IMG/VR virus record: IMGVR_UViG_3300050343_000261
DNA length: 64,000 nt
Source: a virus
Reading direction: 5' to 3' (one strand)
How positions within the stretch are numbered: the first letter of the stretch is position 1; each line of letters starts with the position of its first letter. A program made the position numbers and the translations under genes. Under the pieces are notes generated by a model. That model was not told the origin of the DNA. It saw only the letters and a list, made by a program, of their open reading frames with translations, and did no database searches. Positions 1 through 10,337 of the stretch are shown piece by piece.

Positions 1-961
1 CCTTTTTCTCTGCCATCGCACCAACATCAAGAACATTTAGAAAGATTCTTGAATATTTCTCATCAATGTCGTTAGGGATATACTGATCTTCATTTGCAGA
101 ATCCAGTTTACTATCCTTGTAACTATATTCTACGAAGTGTGGGGTGCGATCAATAATATTATAATACCAGTTAGCTGATTTGTATTGTCCAACCATCAGT
201 TTTTTTACGATATCATGACTTTCAACAAATCTTGGTGTATCTACAGCAGCAAAATTATTGATCTTTGTAGAATCAAAAAACGCTAATTGCTCATATCCAT
301 ATGTGGCATCTTCCTGCAATGCTTTGTCAATAGAAAAGAAACTGTATCCTTTCCGTTCTCCCTCACATAAAACATATCCTGCACTTCCACTTTCAGCAGA
401 AGATTTACCTTTCATTTCACCAACACACTTGGATGCTAGTCTACTAACCTGTTTCAATGGTGGGTTGTAATTACCAGTAAATGAGTATTCATTCATGGCA
501 GGATGTGGAATGTCAATTCTACTTGAATCAACCTCCAACACGTCTTTTAGGACTTTCTCAACACTATCAGTAATCTTACCTTTATATCTCTTGATTGTTC
601 TGGTTGTCAAGTTAGACATGGTTGTCTTCGTGACACACTCCAAGATATAAGTGTGTCTTTTTGAGTTTCCACTTTCAGCAGCAATATTTGCAATCAACAA
701 CTCATTCTTCTTTTTAGCAGAGAACTCAAATGGTTCTTTAGCACTAGGATGAGTAAACAGCAACTCAACTTTATTTCCAGGTCTGATTGGCAATGCTTGT
801 GCCAACCCAAAAGTATCCGTAATCATGATAGTAACCTTCAAGGTCCTACCAACTCCCTCCTCATACCGAAGACCTTGAAACTGACCGATCAAGGATTGAG
901 GTTCTTTACCTTCTGGAAATATGTTTAGTGTCTTAGCTTGATAGGCATTCAACCACTTCAT
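1..961 (-). CDS. Baseplate hub-like (gp27/late-control D-like) protein, 3' end runs off the window
   Basis: Not in the ORF track. ATG at 961 overlaps the TGA of the upstream gene; the frame stays open to base 1 (MKWLNAYQAKTLNIFPEGKEPQSLIGQFQG...). Assignment rests mainly on position in the baseplate module. Confidence 0.55.
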   Translation of the reverse strand, partial: MKWLNAYQAKTLNIFPEGKEPQSLIGQFQGLRYEEGVGRTLKVTIMITDTFGLAQALPIRPGNKVELLFTHPSAKEPFEFSAKKKNELLIANIAAESGNSKRHTYILECVTKTTMSNLTTRTIKRYKGKITDSVEKVLKDVLEVDSSRIDIPHPAMNEYSFTGNYNPPLKQVSRLASKCVGEMKGKSSAESGSAGYVLCEGERKGYSFFSIDKALQEDATYGYEQLAFFDSTKINNFAAVDTPRFVESHDIVKKLMVGQYKSANWYYNIIDRTPHFVEYSYKDSKLDSANEDQYIPNDIDEKYSRIFLNVLDVGAMAEKK

Positions 962-2748
962 TTCCAGACCTTCATATAAGATTCATACTCAAGGTATTTA
1001 GAATAAGGTAAGGGACTTTCTGGCATACTAATACTCCCAGAAGGAGAACTAAGTGGTGCAAATGGCATACTCTGCTCTTCAGTGTTACCCTCTCCACCTA
1101 AGAGCATTCCAGCACCAAGCAAAGGAAGAATCATTGCACCAAAACTGCTATTACTTGGATTGTTGGTGAAGAAAGGTTCATAAGATGACATATCTTTAGC
1201 ATTTGTGGGACCTTTCGATATTACACTTTTAGGAGGTGTAATTTCAGGTGCACTTTGATTAGCATCTCTCGCAAATATTCTTTCTAATACAGACTTTTCA
1301 GTTCTTGTTTTAGGACTGTCTGTTTTAGGTGCATATCTTTTGGTTATTTTACGAACAGAGCGAGGAGGTGGGGGAACCGCAGTAGTTTTGGGTTTTACAG
1401 CAGGTTTTACAGTACGACTTGCAGCACCTCTAGAACCTCTAGCAAGTCCAGCCATAGTCAATGCTGTAGAAAACAAACCAAACCCTTGAATAGGTGCAGA
1501 CTGGATAGTCTGTTGTGTCCTAAATCTTTTATCTTCCTGACGATCCCTGTTTAGAAAAACAAATCCTGCTGGAGCAAACGCTGTTGCTGGTTTACGAATC
1601 AGTTTCCCGTAAGGAGTATCAATTGTTTGCTCCTCATTATTTTCAATGTCAAACTTTTCTACATGTGGTCTGACTAGAACGGGTAATTGCTCAGTTGGTA
1701 CAACCTTATTGCTAGGTGTACTTGGGATCTCACTATAATCAACTCCAGTAGGAACATAATCAGGAGAATACCTAAACTGTTTACTCTCACCAGAGTGCTT
1801 TTCAGCTTTACCGTCAAGATCTGCTTCAAATGGACTGGTACTAGGTTTTAGATCATCTGGTGTTGGTTGTGGTCCTTGTGGTCTAGGTCCCCCAAATGGA
1901 TTTAGAGGATCGAAAAAATCATCATCATCCTTATTGAGATTGATAATATAATCATCATCAATAAAAAATATCTTTTTCCTTGCAAGTAAATCAAACCGAT
2001 CTAAAGCATTATCAAACTCTTGAATAGCACCACCAAATTTAGTCTTTACTTGACTAATTCTTTGAGTTTTTTCCTCTACCTTTCGTCGCTGATCGGCACC
2101 AGTTATTTTATCGGAAATACCAGCACCTAAAGTTGCACCACCAAAACTTCCTGCAATACCACCTAAGAAACCACCGATAGCAGCACCAGGGATAGCACCA
2201 GCACCACCAAAGAAGGCACCAATCGTTCCACCAAGTAAAGCACCACCTTTAGCACCAGCAGCAAAACCTGCCAAACCACCTGCTGTAGTGCTAAGTGCAC
2301 CACTAACTGCCTGTGTTTGTGTCTGACCCTCTGACAGTCTCAGTCCATAATCAACTCCTGTCAACGCAGTTGTTGCCACTGCATTGAATTTGCCCATCCG
2401 CAAACCACCCCTCAAGGATGGTTTACCACCACCCCTAAGACCCTTAGTAGGAACAATTCTATTAGCAGGTTTACCCCCCTTAGGTAATTTTGGTTTTGTA
2501 AACCTAGATCTAAGAGACCTTAGGAGACCTCCACCAGCAGCAGCACCACCTAAACCTAATAAACCATTGAGTGCTCCTCCTCCTCCTTCTTTTTCTTTAG
2601 CACGAGACAGTTCACCTTTCAACCTGCCAAACGCTTCGCCACGCTTTTTGACAAGTTCTTTCTTTAGTTTTAGACTTACTTGTTCAAGTCTAGAAACGTC
2701 TCGATTTCTCTGCTTTAGAATATTAGATAATGGTTTTATATTCTTCAT
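958..2748 (-). CDS. Tape-measure-like tail protein with glycine-zipper hydrophobic segment
   Basis: 596 aa; GGLAGFAAGAKGGALLGG...GGIAGSFGG repeat, coiled-coil stretches; lies downstream of gp26/gp51. Confidence 0.5.
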   Translation of the reverse strand: MKNIKPLSNILKQRNRDVSRLEQVSLKLKKELVKKRGEAFGRLKGELSRAKEKEGGGGALNGLLGLGGAAAGGGLLRSLRSRFTKPKLPKGGKPANRIVPTKGLRGGGKPSLRGGLRMGKFNAVATTALTGVDYGLRLSEGQTQTQAVSGALSTTAGGLAGFAAGAKGGALLGGTIGAFFGGAGAIPGAAIGGFLGGIAGSFGGATLGAGISDKITGADQRRKVEEKTQRISQVKTKFGGAIQEFDNALDRFDLLARKKIFFIDDDYIINLNKDDDDFFDPLNPFGGPRPQGPQPTPDDLKPSTSPFEADLDGKAEKHSGESKQFRYSPDYVPTGVDYSEIPSTPSNKVVPTEQLPVLVRPHVEKFDIENNEEQTIDTPYGKLIRKPATAFAPAGFVFLNRDRQEDKRFRTQQTIQSAPIQGFGLFSTALTMAGLARGSRGAASRTVKPAVKPKTTAVPPPPRSVRKITKRYAPKTDSPKTRTEKSVLERIFARDANQSAPEITPPKSVISKGPTNAKDMSSYEPFFTNNPSNSSFGAMILPLLGAGMLLGGEGNTEEQSMPFAPLSSPSGSISMPESPLPYSKYLEYESYMKVWK

Positions 2749-4325
2749 GAGAACATTGCTGGAATGTTATACTGACTCAACAATGCTGAAGATGCAATCT
2801 CACTACCAGTTGTACCCATAGAATTAGGGTCAATTGAAATTTGTGACGGAGATTGTGGTGCTGGTGCAATAGCAGCAACTTTAGGTGCAGGAGTCTTAGA
2901 AGTAAACGGAAGATCAATATTTGGCATCAATGATGATTGATCGCCCAGAGGATCAGGTTTACTCCTACGTTGCCTAACATCATCTAGAATTGTATTATAT
3001 CGTTCAATGGACTCAGCAGGAGTAATATTTTTCTGCCCATGATATGAAGTCAAACTTGCCCATTCCATACCTAGACGTTCCATCTCAGGATTAGAAATTC
3101 CATCGGCAAGATTTACTTTACGTTCTTGTTCCGCCAGGAACATAATCATCTCATCCTGAATTTCAGGAGTCATTTTGGTAGTTTCAGGATCCAATTTCAT
3201 GGCCTTCATTACCTGTTCAGGTTTCATGAATTGACCTGCACCTACAGCGGCACTTGTCTGCACTTTTCCACTAGAGTCAGTAAAGGTGGGAGTCTCCCCA
3301 GCAGCAAGGCGACGATTTTGCTCCTGCATCACTTCATTACCAGTCATATTAGTGATGTCAATACTGGTATCACCACCAAACCACTTGTTATATCCTTGGG
3401 CATCAGCAGTGCCCTCACTTTCTCTTACGAGTTGAATAAATGCTTCTCTCTTAGGATCATTTAGAGCAACCCTATTTGCACCAGGTAACGCTGCGTTGAG
3501 TGGTGTGACCTTTGGAGGTTGCTCGTCATCATCAGGTGCTGTAGTAGTGCCATTCTTCTTCCCATCTTCTGTAATGTTGATAGTAGGATCTTTTACGTCT
3601 CTACCTAAGAGTGAAGAAACAATCCGACTGAATTTAGAAACTGTGGCACTAAAAAGATTCACATCTTGAGGAGTAATCATCCTACTCTCAAGAGCTTGCT
3701 GCTGAGTTATTTCTGCTCTTTTTTCATCTGCACCAGCTCCACGCCCCATCAACATCGACCCACCAATCATTGCTAGTGGTATCAAAGATAAAAGACCAAG
3801 TGCTCCACGACCTCCCATTCTTCCACGGGGGGCAGCAGACCTAGGACCCGCTTGTGGTCCGCGCCTGCCTCCTTTCAATCCTAATGCCAAACCTACTGCT
3901 CCTAATACTGCTGTCGTAATTTCAGGAAGCATCGCTGTTACTGCGAGTGCGCTATCCTGCACCCCTCCCATTATATCACCTTGTGAAAACTCTCTAAAGG
4001 CAGATGCTGACGCTACTGCAGCAAGAACACTTCTAAATCCCAAGAACATATTACCAAGCTGCTCTGTCTGCTTGATATCTTTCTTTAGAAGTTTCTGCTC
4101 TGCCCTAAAATATCGTCGTCTTGCTCCCAAATCTTTCCGAATATCAGCACGCATGACCTTCATGCTAGCATCCATTCTTTCCATGTCAAGGACAATACGT
4201 CCCAAACGCCGAATATTTCTCTTCGTCTTATCAGTATTTTCTTCTAAGGCAGCAGCTTGTTGCTCCACCTTGTCCCTCAATGGGGCAATAATGGGAGTAA
4301 CAGACTGTACGTTAGAATCCGGCAT
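2745..4325 (-). CDS. Tape-measure-like protein with lambda-lysozyme-like (GH104) muramidase domain
   Basis: 526 aa; N-terminal coiled coil and hydrophobic segments; AFIQLVRESEGT..GYNKWFGG and SAAVGAGQF resemble the lambda R SEGT...GY...GG and STAAGRYQ motifs. Confidence 0.65.
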   Translation of the reverse strand: MPDSNVQSVTPIIAPLRDKVEQQAAALEENTDKTKRNIRRLGRIVLDMERMDASMKVMRADIRKDLGARRRYFRAEQKLLKKDIKQTEQLGNMFLGFRSVLAAVASASAFREFSQGDIMGGVQDSALAVTAMLPEITTAVLGAVGLALGLKGGRRGPQAGPRSAAPRGRMGGRGALGLLSLIPLAMIGGSMLMGRGAGADEKRAEITQQQALESRMITPQDVNLFSATVSKFSRIVSSLLGRDVKDPTINITEDGKKNGTTTAPDDDEQPPKVTPLNAALPGANRVALNDPKREAFIQLVRESEGTADAQGYNKWFGGDTSIDITNMTGNEVMQEQNRRLAAGETPTFTDSSGKVQTSAAVGAGQFMKPEQVMKAMKLDPETTKMTPEIQDEMIMFLAEQERKVNLADGISNPEMERLGMEWASLTSYHGQKNITPAESIERYNTILDDVRQRRSKPDPLGDQSSLMPNIDLPFTSKTPAPKVAAIAPAPQSPSQISIDPNSMGTTGSEIASSALLSQYNIPAMFS

Positions 4326-4503
4326 TTGCTTCCTGTGCTGCCTCTAGCCTTTCTTTTTCAAGATAATTTGTTAGATACTTTATGTATACTTCTTTTTCCC
4401 AGGGTATTAGACTTTCTATATCACTCAATGACCAATTGTGGTGTTGCATGAGGGAAAAATTTACCTCCATACACACATCAATAGTCGTGTGATATAGCAT
4501 CAC
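4312..4503 (-). CDS. gp51: Baseplate hub assembly catalyst gp51
   Basis: NFSLMQHHNWSLSDIESLIPWEKEVY motif; follows gp26. Confidence 0.85.
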   Translation of the reverse strand: MMLYHTTIDVCMEVNFSLMQHHNWSLSDIESLIPWEKEVYIKYLTNYLEKERLEAAQEANAGF

Positions 4504-5225
4504 CCGAAAAAATTTGCCATGCCCTCAACAACTACATCAGTCTCAACTTCAGTATTTGGATTAGTTACCTTACCTTCGTATTTCAACTTAGGCATGGTGT
4601 TGAAGAATCTTTCAATTTGCTGGAACTGAGATGAACTTAGTTGCTCAATAAATTTGACCAGTTCTGTTTGAGTACAGTCACTAGCAGACCATGCTTCCTC
4701 TTCCGTATAGATGGTGTCAATGCACTTTGCAACTGCTTTGAATGCCTCCTCTACGAGATCTTTATTAGTTTCCTCAACAACACTAAAGTTGTTTTTCAAA
4801 AACTCATCCATAGATGGATACTTCATTTTGATAGAGATACCTCCATCAAGTTGAATCGTATCATTGTGATCATCAGGAACATCAAGTCCAATCTCTGACA
4901 TTTCAATAGTCAAAGGAACTTTTACTGTCTCATCATCAGCACAAGTAACTAGCAGTTCTACAGTCTCACCGACTGATTTGCCTCGAATATTCAAAAATAG
5001 ATATTCAAGATCAAATGAGGGAAGAGTATCAATCTTGACTCGGGAGACAACACATGCTTTTAGAACATCCTTTACTGTAGAAATAATGTTCTTATCGCTT
5101 CCACTCTCAAGAGCAATTAGAAGTGCTTTTTCTTCTTTGACAAGGAATGGGCGGTATCTAACAGGTTTCCCAGTAGATAGAAGGTTTACCTCAAAAACAG
5201 GTGTTACAACCTTAGGAAGTGGCAT
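4500..5225 (-). CDS. gp26: Baseplate hub subunit gp26
   Basis: MPLPKVVTP...VRYRPFLVKEEKALL; FDLEYLFLNIRGKSVGE. Confidence 0.92.
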   Translation of the reverse strand: MPLPKVVTPVFEVNLLSTGKPVRYRPFLVKEEKALLIALESGSDKNIISTVKDVLKACVVSRVKIDTLPSFDLEYLFLNIRGKSVGETVELLVTCADDETVKVPLTIEMSEIGLDVPDDHNDTIQLDGGISIKMKYPSMDEFLKNNFSVVEETNKDLVEEAFKAVAKCIDTIYTEEEAWSASDCTQTELVKFIEQLSSSQFQQIERFFNTMPKLKYEGKVTNPNTEVETDVVVEGMANFFG

Positions 5226-5245
5226 AATAAGTCAACTCAGTAAAG

Positions 5246-5252
5246 ATATTTA
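5246..5252 (-). promoter_or_regulatory. T4-type late promoter (CTAAATA) upstream of gp26
   Basis: Reverse complement of tatttag; resembles the cyanomyovirus late consensus NATAAATA; about 20 nt before the gp26 ATG. Confidence 0.5.
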
Positions 5253-6152
5253 GGGGGTGGTAAAGAAAAAATCGTCAGGCATAGGACCTAAGGGAGAGAC
5301 ATATCCATCAAGGTTCTGACTTTCTGGTAGTTTAGCAGGTGTTGCAGGTTTTGTAGGTTTCGTGCCAGGAGGAAGTGGACTTGGATCTGAAGGATCTGCT
5401 GCTGGTCCCCTAGGAGAAGGAGCAGATACACTACCATCGGTGTTTTTAGTGGCACCAGCATCAGCACCCTGGCGATCAATATAATAAGTCTCGTATGCAA
5501 AAGATACCGTAGTTTTGATCAGTTCTGCTTTCCCATATGCCAAAGGTGCGGCAATGATATTAGTCGGGAATGCTTTTCTAATAAAATATGTAATGTAACT
5601 AGGGTTTGCTAGAGCACGATTGAATGATGTAATTTCAAGATTACATTTATAACTATCAGGATATCTCATCCTTCTACCAGGATTATCCTGCTTCAATTTA
5701 GTCTCTAAATTTCCCTCTGGACCACCAAAATCAGGAGGACTAATAAACTCCATCCAGGCATTGAACACATCATTAGTGAAGTAATCTCTTTGAGAATACC
5801 AAGTCAAATTGATATCAGGATATCTACGATATAAGGCATATGATTGTGATAATCCTTGACGGAGTCCATCAACTTTAGAAGTTTGAAGTTGACTCCCAGG
5901 AAGAAGTGCCTCTGAACAAAATAATGAAAGATAACTTCCGGGAGGTTGATCATTCTCAAATATAGCTGTGCTGGTGATATGCTTTTCTAAATCACGCCCA
6001 CTTTGAGTTGATGAAAAATCTATAGTTACATCATATATGTTATTGAACGCAGGAACAATTCCTCCGGCTCTACTGTTACCAAGGTAAAGGTCTTCAGTTT
6101 TTAGGCGTCTCCCACCATCCTCTTTTGCTATTACTAAGGCTTTTTTTGCCAT
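5250..6152 (-). CDS. gp54: Baseplate tail tube initiator gp54
   Basis: LSLFCSEALLPG, FNAWMEFI, RMRYPDSYK, AFPTNI..APLAYG..ELIKTTVSFAYE. Confidence 0.88.
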   Translation of the reverse strand: MAKKALVIAKEDGGRRLKTEDLYLGNSRAGGIVPAFNNIYDVTIDFSSTQSGRDLEKHITSTAIFENDQPPGSYLSLFCSEALLPGSQLQTSKVDGLRQGLSQSYALYRRYPDINLTWYSQRDYFTNDVFNAWMEFISPPDFGGPEGNLETKLKQDNPGRRMRYPDSYKCNLEITSFNRALANPSYITYFIRKAFPTNIIAAPLAYGKAELIKTTVSFAYETYYIDRQGADAGATKNTDGSVSAPSPRGPAADPSDPSPLPPGTKPTKPATPAKLPESQNLDGYVSPLGPMPDDFFFTTP

Positions 6153-6156
6153 TCCT

Positions 6157-6163
6157 CTAAATA
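6157..6163 (+). promoter_or_regulatory. Late promoter (CTAAATA) upstream of gp4
   Basis: ctaaata in the 34-nt divergent gap between gp54 and gp4. Confidence 0.5.
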
Positions 6164-6186
6164 TAGAGTGGTCTGTTATACTATGT

Positions 6187-6618
6187 ATGTCCTATCAGGG
6201 TCGGTATAGACCGTCGAATCCGAAGAAGTACAAAGGGGATTCGAGAAACATAATCTATCGTTCTTTATGGGAACGTAAGTTTATGGTCTATTGCGACAAG
6301 AATCAAAATATTATAAATTGGGCATCTGAAGAATTCCATATCCCTTACTATGATCCTACAACCAAACGTGTTCGTAGATACTTTCCTGACTTTTACATCA
6401 GATACAGGAATGTGAACGGCAACATTCTTGAAAAGATCATCGAGATCAAACCTGCTAAGCAGTGCGTTCCTCCAACAACAAAACGGAAGACAAAAAAACA
6501 TCTCTATGAAACCCTTGAATATGCCAAAAACCAGGCAAAATGGAAAGCAGCAGAAGACTTCTGTGCTGACCGCAAATGGGAATTTCAAGTCATGACGGAG
6601 AAAGAACTTGGAATATAG
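6187..6618 (+). CDS. gp4: Head completion protein gp4
   Basis: SYQGRYRPSNPKKYKGD..NIIYRSLWERKFM; RRYFPDF; EIKP (TnsA-like fold). Confidence 0.93.
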   Translation: MSYQGRYRPSNPKKYKGDSRNIIYRSLWERKFMVYCDKNQNIINWASEEFHIPYYDPTTKRVRRYFPDFYIRYRNVNGNILEKIIEIKPAKQCVPPTTKRKTKKHLYETLEYAKNQAKWKAAEDFCADRKWEFQVMTEKELGI

Positions 6619-7033
6619 AGATGAATTTCCAAAATCTACTTTAGAAGGAAAACCAATTCCAGGCAAAATTACACTGTTTCAGTATACAGCGAAAACAGCA
6701 GAGCAAATGCCATTCTATGATCGTAATCCTCTGTGCTACATAATTGCAATAGAAAGACAAACCATATTCTGGGGAGTAAATCTACATTATCACAGTCCAG
6801 AGAATAGATTAGCAATAATGAGATACATTGATTCTGGCAATGATTTAGCAAAATTGCGAGGGTTTCATAAATACCTAAAATCTTATGTCGGCAGTCCTTT
6901 TCTCACAATTGCAACAGAAGAGTGGGAAAAGGCAGTAAACCTTGATTCTGAGCAATTTGTTAGGGACTTTGGTTCCATTGAAATTGATATCGATCCTAAG
7001 ACTGTTTATCGTAAAGGCACCCTCAAAAAATGA
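6608..7033 (+). CDS. gp2: DNA end protector gp2-like protein
   Basis: PGKITLFQYTAK...PFYDRNPL; WGVNLHY; position after gp4. TTG start uncertain. Confidence 0.7.
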   Translation: MEYRDEFPKSTLEGKPIPGKITLFQYTAKTAEQMPFYDRNPLCYIIAIERQTIFWGVNLHYHSPENRLAIMRYIDSGNDLAKLRGFHKYLKSYVGSPFLTIATEEWEKAVNLDSEQFVRDFGSIEIDIDPKTVYRKGTLKK

Positions 7034-8535
7034 GCAAAGAATGTATTGGCGGTAAATGTCTTCTGAACCAAGCAGTTACCCTTGGCTCAGGTATCCATAG
7101 ATTATTGGTTGGTACTCAACTAGATGATCAGTTTGGAACAATAAAAGGTCTTATTGATCCTTCAGGGAAAAACCTGAATTTGAATGTATCCAGCAATAAA
7201 AACCTTTTGAAAGAAGAACCAGTTGGTAATGGACTGGTGCGTGCATTAGATATTGCTCGCGATCTAGCAACTAAAGAAAATAAACTTGACGCACTCGTCG
7301 AAGCTTCTAACTTGTCAGGTGCATCTTTTGCATATGACGGGAACTCAGCAAAACGATTATTAGATAACTCAGGACTTTCAGAGTATTCTGCCCTTACACA
7401 AATTCCATCTGTTCTCGCCAGCAACTTTATCCACCCTGATGCAGGAGTCAATGGTGATGTAATACCCCTGCCTGTTATCCCTGCTCCTGAGGATGGGGAC
7501 ACACCTGCAGCATCACTTCCAGAAGGAGACAATAATAAATTACCTCCGGTCTTACAATATCCACATGATGCACTTTATGATAAAGGTGCTCAAGATTACA
7601 TGAAAATTGAGAGATTCAAGTATTCTCCACCAAATGCAAATGCAATAACAGATCTATCAACAATTTTTACTCAGGGTCTAACAAGAAGCAGTCAGGCACA
7701 AAAATACGTAGGTTCTGTTTATCTACCAATTCCAAATGACCTTCAGTCTAGTCAAGGAATGAATTGGGGAGAGGGAACTGCCAATATGTTGGAAGCAGGT
7801 GCTTTCATAGCAGCACAAGAACAAATTTCTAGCACGATGAAGGGCGATCAAAACTTGGTTGGTTTTTTGGGGAAAACTCTCCAAGACATTGCTGGAGTGG
7901 GGGCAAATTTTGCGAAGGCGGCAGGGGAAGATAGTGGAACTAACCAAGCAATTGCTGGTCAAGTTGCCAAACTGCTTCTATCAAAGGTTGGTATCAATGT
8001 TGATCCTGCACAATTCATTGCCAGAAAAAATGGTGAAGTCTTGAATCCAAATATGGAGTTGCTGTTCTCAGGTCCTAAATTGAGGAATTTTGTTTTCAAG
8101 TATGACTTTGCTCCAAATAGCGAAGATGATGCCATGAAAGTAAATAAAATATCTAGATTTTTCAAGCAAGGTATGACACCTTCACGAGTTGGTCCTGGTG
8201 CTGGTGTCTTTATCGCTTCTCCAGATATATTCCGCGTTTCATATTTCAATGGAGATGCTCGCATTAGATCCCTCCCAATCCATAAAATGTGTGCTCTGAC
8301 TAATATTGGATTCAATTATACTGATGGAGGTGTCTATCAGTCATATGCGGATGCAAATTCAATATCTCAACCAGTTAGAACGGTTATGATGCTGAATTTT
8401 ACTGAACTTACTCCAATCTTCGGTGATGACTACGATCTGAGTGAATCAAGAACAAAGGCAACTGACGACTTGATACAACAGACAGGTCCTCTCAACGGTC
8501 CAAACAAAATCAATGAGTACGACATCGGATTCTAA
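7030..8535 (+). CDS. gp48: Baseplate tail tube cap gp48
   Basis: LQYP..., YLPIP, NPNMELLFSGPKLRNFVFKYDFAP, MMLNFTELTPI. Confidence 0.92.
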   Translation: MSKECIGGKCLLNQAVTLGSGIHRLLVGTQLDDQFGTIKGLIDPSGKNLNLNVSSNKNLLKEEPVGNGLVRALDIARDLATKENKLDALVEASNLSGASFAYDGNSAKRLLDNSGLSEYSALTQIPSVLASNFIHPDAGVNGDVIPLPVIPAPEDGDTPAASLPEGDNNKLPPVLQYPHDALYDKGAQDYMKIERFKYSPPNANAITDLSTIFTQGLTRSSQAQKYVGSVYLPIPNDLQSSQGMNWGEGTANMLEAGAFIAAQEQISSTMKGDQNLVGFLGKTLQDIAGVGANFAKAAGEDSGTNQAIAGQVAKLLLSKVGINVDPAQFIARKNGEVLNPNMELLFSGPKLRNFVFKYDFAPNSEDDAMKVNKISRFFKQGMTPSRVGPGAGVFIASPDIFRVSYFNGDARIRSLPIHKMCALTNIGFNYTDGGVYQSYADANSISQPVRTVMMLNFTELTPIFGDDYDLSESRTKATDDLIQQTGPLNGPNKINEYDIGF

Positions 8536-9191
8536 TGGCTTACTTCGACAACTTCCCCAAAGTATCTTTACTTTCTTTTTCTGATAATCGGTCTTCTAGT
8601 TCTGATTACGTTGAAAGTACCAACATCTTCAAAAGAGGTAAAATTAGAGACGACTTTTTTCAAGTAGCTGCTACTTTTGATAAGTTTTCAATCCGTGGAG
8701 ATGACCGACCAGATAATGTTGCACAAATCTTATATGGGGACTCTGATCTAGATTGGATTATTTTACTATCCAATAACATTTTGAACGTTCGTGATGAATG
8801 GCCTATGAATGGGATGGATTTCCAACGCTACATTGATAATAACTACAGTCCTGAGCAACTTGCAGAAGTTCATCATTATGAAACTGTTGAACGACGTGAT
8901 CCTGAAGGAAAACTTCTACAGCAAGGTGGTCTTGTAGTTGACGGTAATGATACATTTACATATTCATATAGGGGAATCAACTATACCGAGACAGGAACAA
9001 CATCGGTAAGTTACCTAGAGTATGAAACTCAGAAGAATGATGCAAAAAGGAATATCTTTACTCTCAAATCCATGTATATTGATACTATTCTGGAAGATAT
9101 GAGAGATATCCTCACCTATGAAGATTCTAGTCAATATATCAACCGTAAAATGAAGAAAGGAGATAATCTTCGACTTTTAGCACTTCGCTAA
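8535..9191 (+). CDS. gp53: Baseplate wedge subunit gp53
   Basis: MAYFDNFP; DRPDNVAQILYGDSDLDWIILLSNNI; HHYET. Confidence 0.93.
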   Translation: MAYFDNFPKVSLLSFSDNRSSSSDYVESTNIFKRGKIRDDFFQVAATFDKFSIRGDDRPDNVAQILYGDSDLDWIILLSNNILNVRDEWPMNGMDFQRYIDNNYSPEQLAEVHHYETVERRDPEGKLLQQGGLVVDGNDTFTYSYRGINYTETGTTSVSYLEYETQKNDAKRNIFTLKSMYIDTILEDMRDILTYEDSSQYINRKMKKGDNLRLLALR

Positions 9192-9725
9192 ATGTGGGTT
9201 GTTGGGACTGTGAGGAACATCCCAAACCAATGAATACCTATCAACATTCCCCACGTTCAGTGCTTCGTGGGGTAATTTATTATGAAACCAGAAAAACGTT
9301 CCTGGTTGCACAATCATAGATTCATCACCAACTCGGTACAAATAAGTACCCTGCAGAGATAGGTGATATCGGTCCTTTTTCTTATAATACTCTCCACGGT
9401 CAATATGCTCCAAAACACGTTTTCCTGGTTGTAATCGGAAAAATGCTGCTCTGCCTGTTTTAGTGATATTGTGCTTTTTCCAAAATTCTTGCACTTTTGG
9501 ATATAGATCATAAAGTGCAGTTTTTTCTTGTCCCATCGCATCATGGGGATCTTCACCTTTTTGAACTTTTGCCCAAACTAAAGGTAAGAACCCATATGGA
9601 TTTTTGTCTCCTCCTAAGTTATTTCTAGTTTGCTGTGAGACCCAATCCCAATGATCTGGGTTCAATTCTTCCAAAAACGGAGTTACATCAATATTTTGTT
9701 CTATGATGGTAATATTTTTGTACAT
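9177..9725 (-). CDS. Aspartyl/asparaginyl beta-hydroxylase-like 2OG-Fe(II) dioxygenase
   Basis: EHIDRGEYYKKKDRYHLSL...WFHNKLPHEALN..RYSLVWD (HxD...H jelly-roll). Confidence 0.8.
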   Translation of the reverse strand: MYKNITIIEQNIDVTPFLEELNPDHWDWVSQQTRNNLGGDKNPYGFLPLVWAKVQKGEDPHDAMGQEKTALYDLYPKVQEFWKKHNITKTGRAAFFRLQPGKRVLEHIDRGEYYKKKDRYHLSLQGTYLYRVGDESMIVQPGTFFWFHNKLPHEALNVGNVDRYSLVWDVPHSPNNPHLAKC

Positions 9726-9740
9726 AAAATCTATAGGGGC

Positions 9741-9766
9741 AATTTTTACCCCGAGGTTTTTTTCCC
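9741..9766 (-). repeat. A-tract repeat motif, copy 1 (GGGAAAAAAACCTCGGGGTAAAAATT)
   Basis: Closely matches the copies at 18371 and 25271. Confidence 0.7.
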
Positions 9767-9767
9767 G

Positions 9768-10334
9768 TTATGGGTGAATAAGAACGTGAAATGCCACTGA
9801 CACCCTGTCATGCTTTGATCGGTTCTGATCTACGTAATGAACCAGATTACTATTGAAAAACACTCCCGTGTTTGCTTTGGGTTCAATAATCATTGCATTA
9901 CGGTCAATCTTAGATACACATGAGGTATTCAAGTATTGATTATGAAATGGACTCATGATGACAAGGTTACCACTATTACGTGGTGCTTTCAACCAATACA
10001 CCCCACTGAGTTGACCGTAAGTATGATGGTGCATACAGTTTGATGCACCAGGTCCATTGATGTTTGCAAAGGCATGGACAACCTCCACATGACGAGGTGG
10101 TTTTACATCATGATGAGCAATGTACTCTCGTGATTTGCTAGCAATCAGATTCATCAATGGAGTAAATCTTCCATCGGTCTGCATACCGGTGCGTTGCCAT
10201 CCTTCTATGTTTGAATTACCTTCTGACTCAGGGAATTCTTCTTTCCATTCATAAATTTTCCTAAAAGAAAAGTCCAGGATGGGGAGTTCCCCATCCCAGA
10301 CTCCAATCAGCTCGTTGAAGCTGTAAAACTTCAT
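9768..10334 (-). CDS. 2OG-Fe(II) oxygenase (TIGR02466-like)
   Basis: FANINGPG...HHHTYGQLSGVYWLKAP; FFNSNLVHYV; RVSVAF. Confidence 0.85.
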   Translation of the reverse strand: MKFYSFNELIGVWDGELPILDFSFRKIYEWKEEFPESEGNSNIEGWQRTGMQTDGRFTPLMNLIASKSREYIAHHDVKPPRHVEVVHAFANINGPGASNCMHHHTYGQLSGVYWLKAPRNSGNLVIMSPFHNQYLNTSCVSKIDRNAMIIEPKANTGVFFNSNLVHYVDQNRSKHDRVSVAFHVLIHP

Positions 10335-10337
10335 CCC

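Noticed and set aside
258-470. + strand 70-aa ORF
   Set aside because: Shadow of the minus-strand baseplate gene spanning 1-961.
2384-2821. Pro-rich 145-aa + strand ORF
   Set aside because: Antisense to the Gly-rich codons of 958-2748; a compositional artefact.
6187-6618. TnsA-like nuclease as a transposon gene
   Set aside because: This is head completion protein gp4 in conserved synteny; no terminal repeats or transposase partners.
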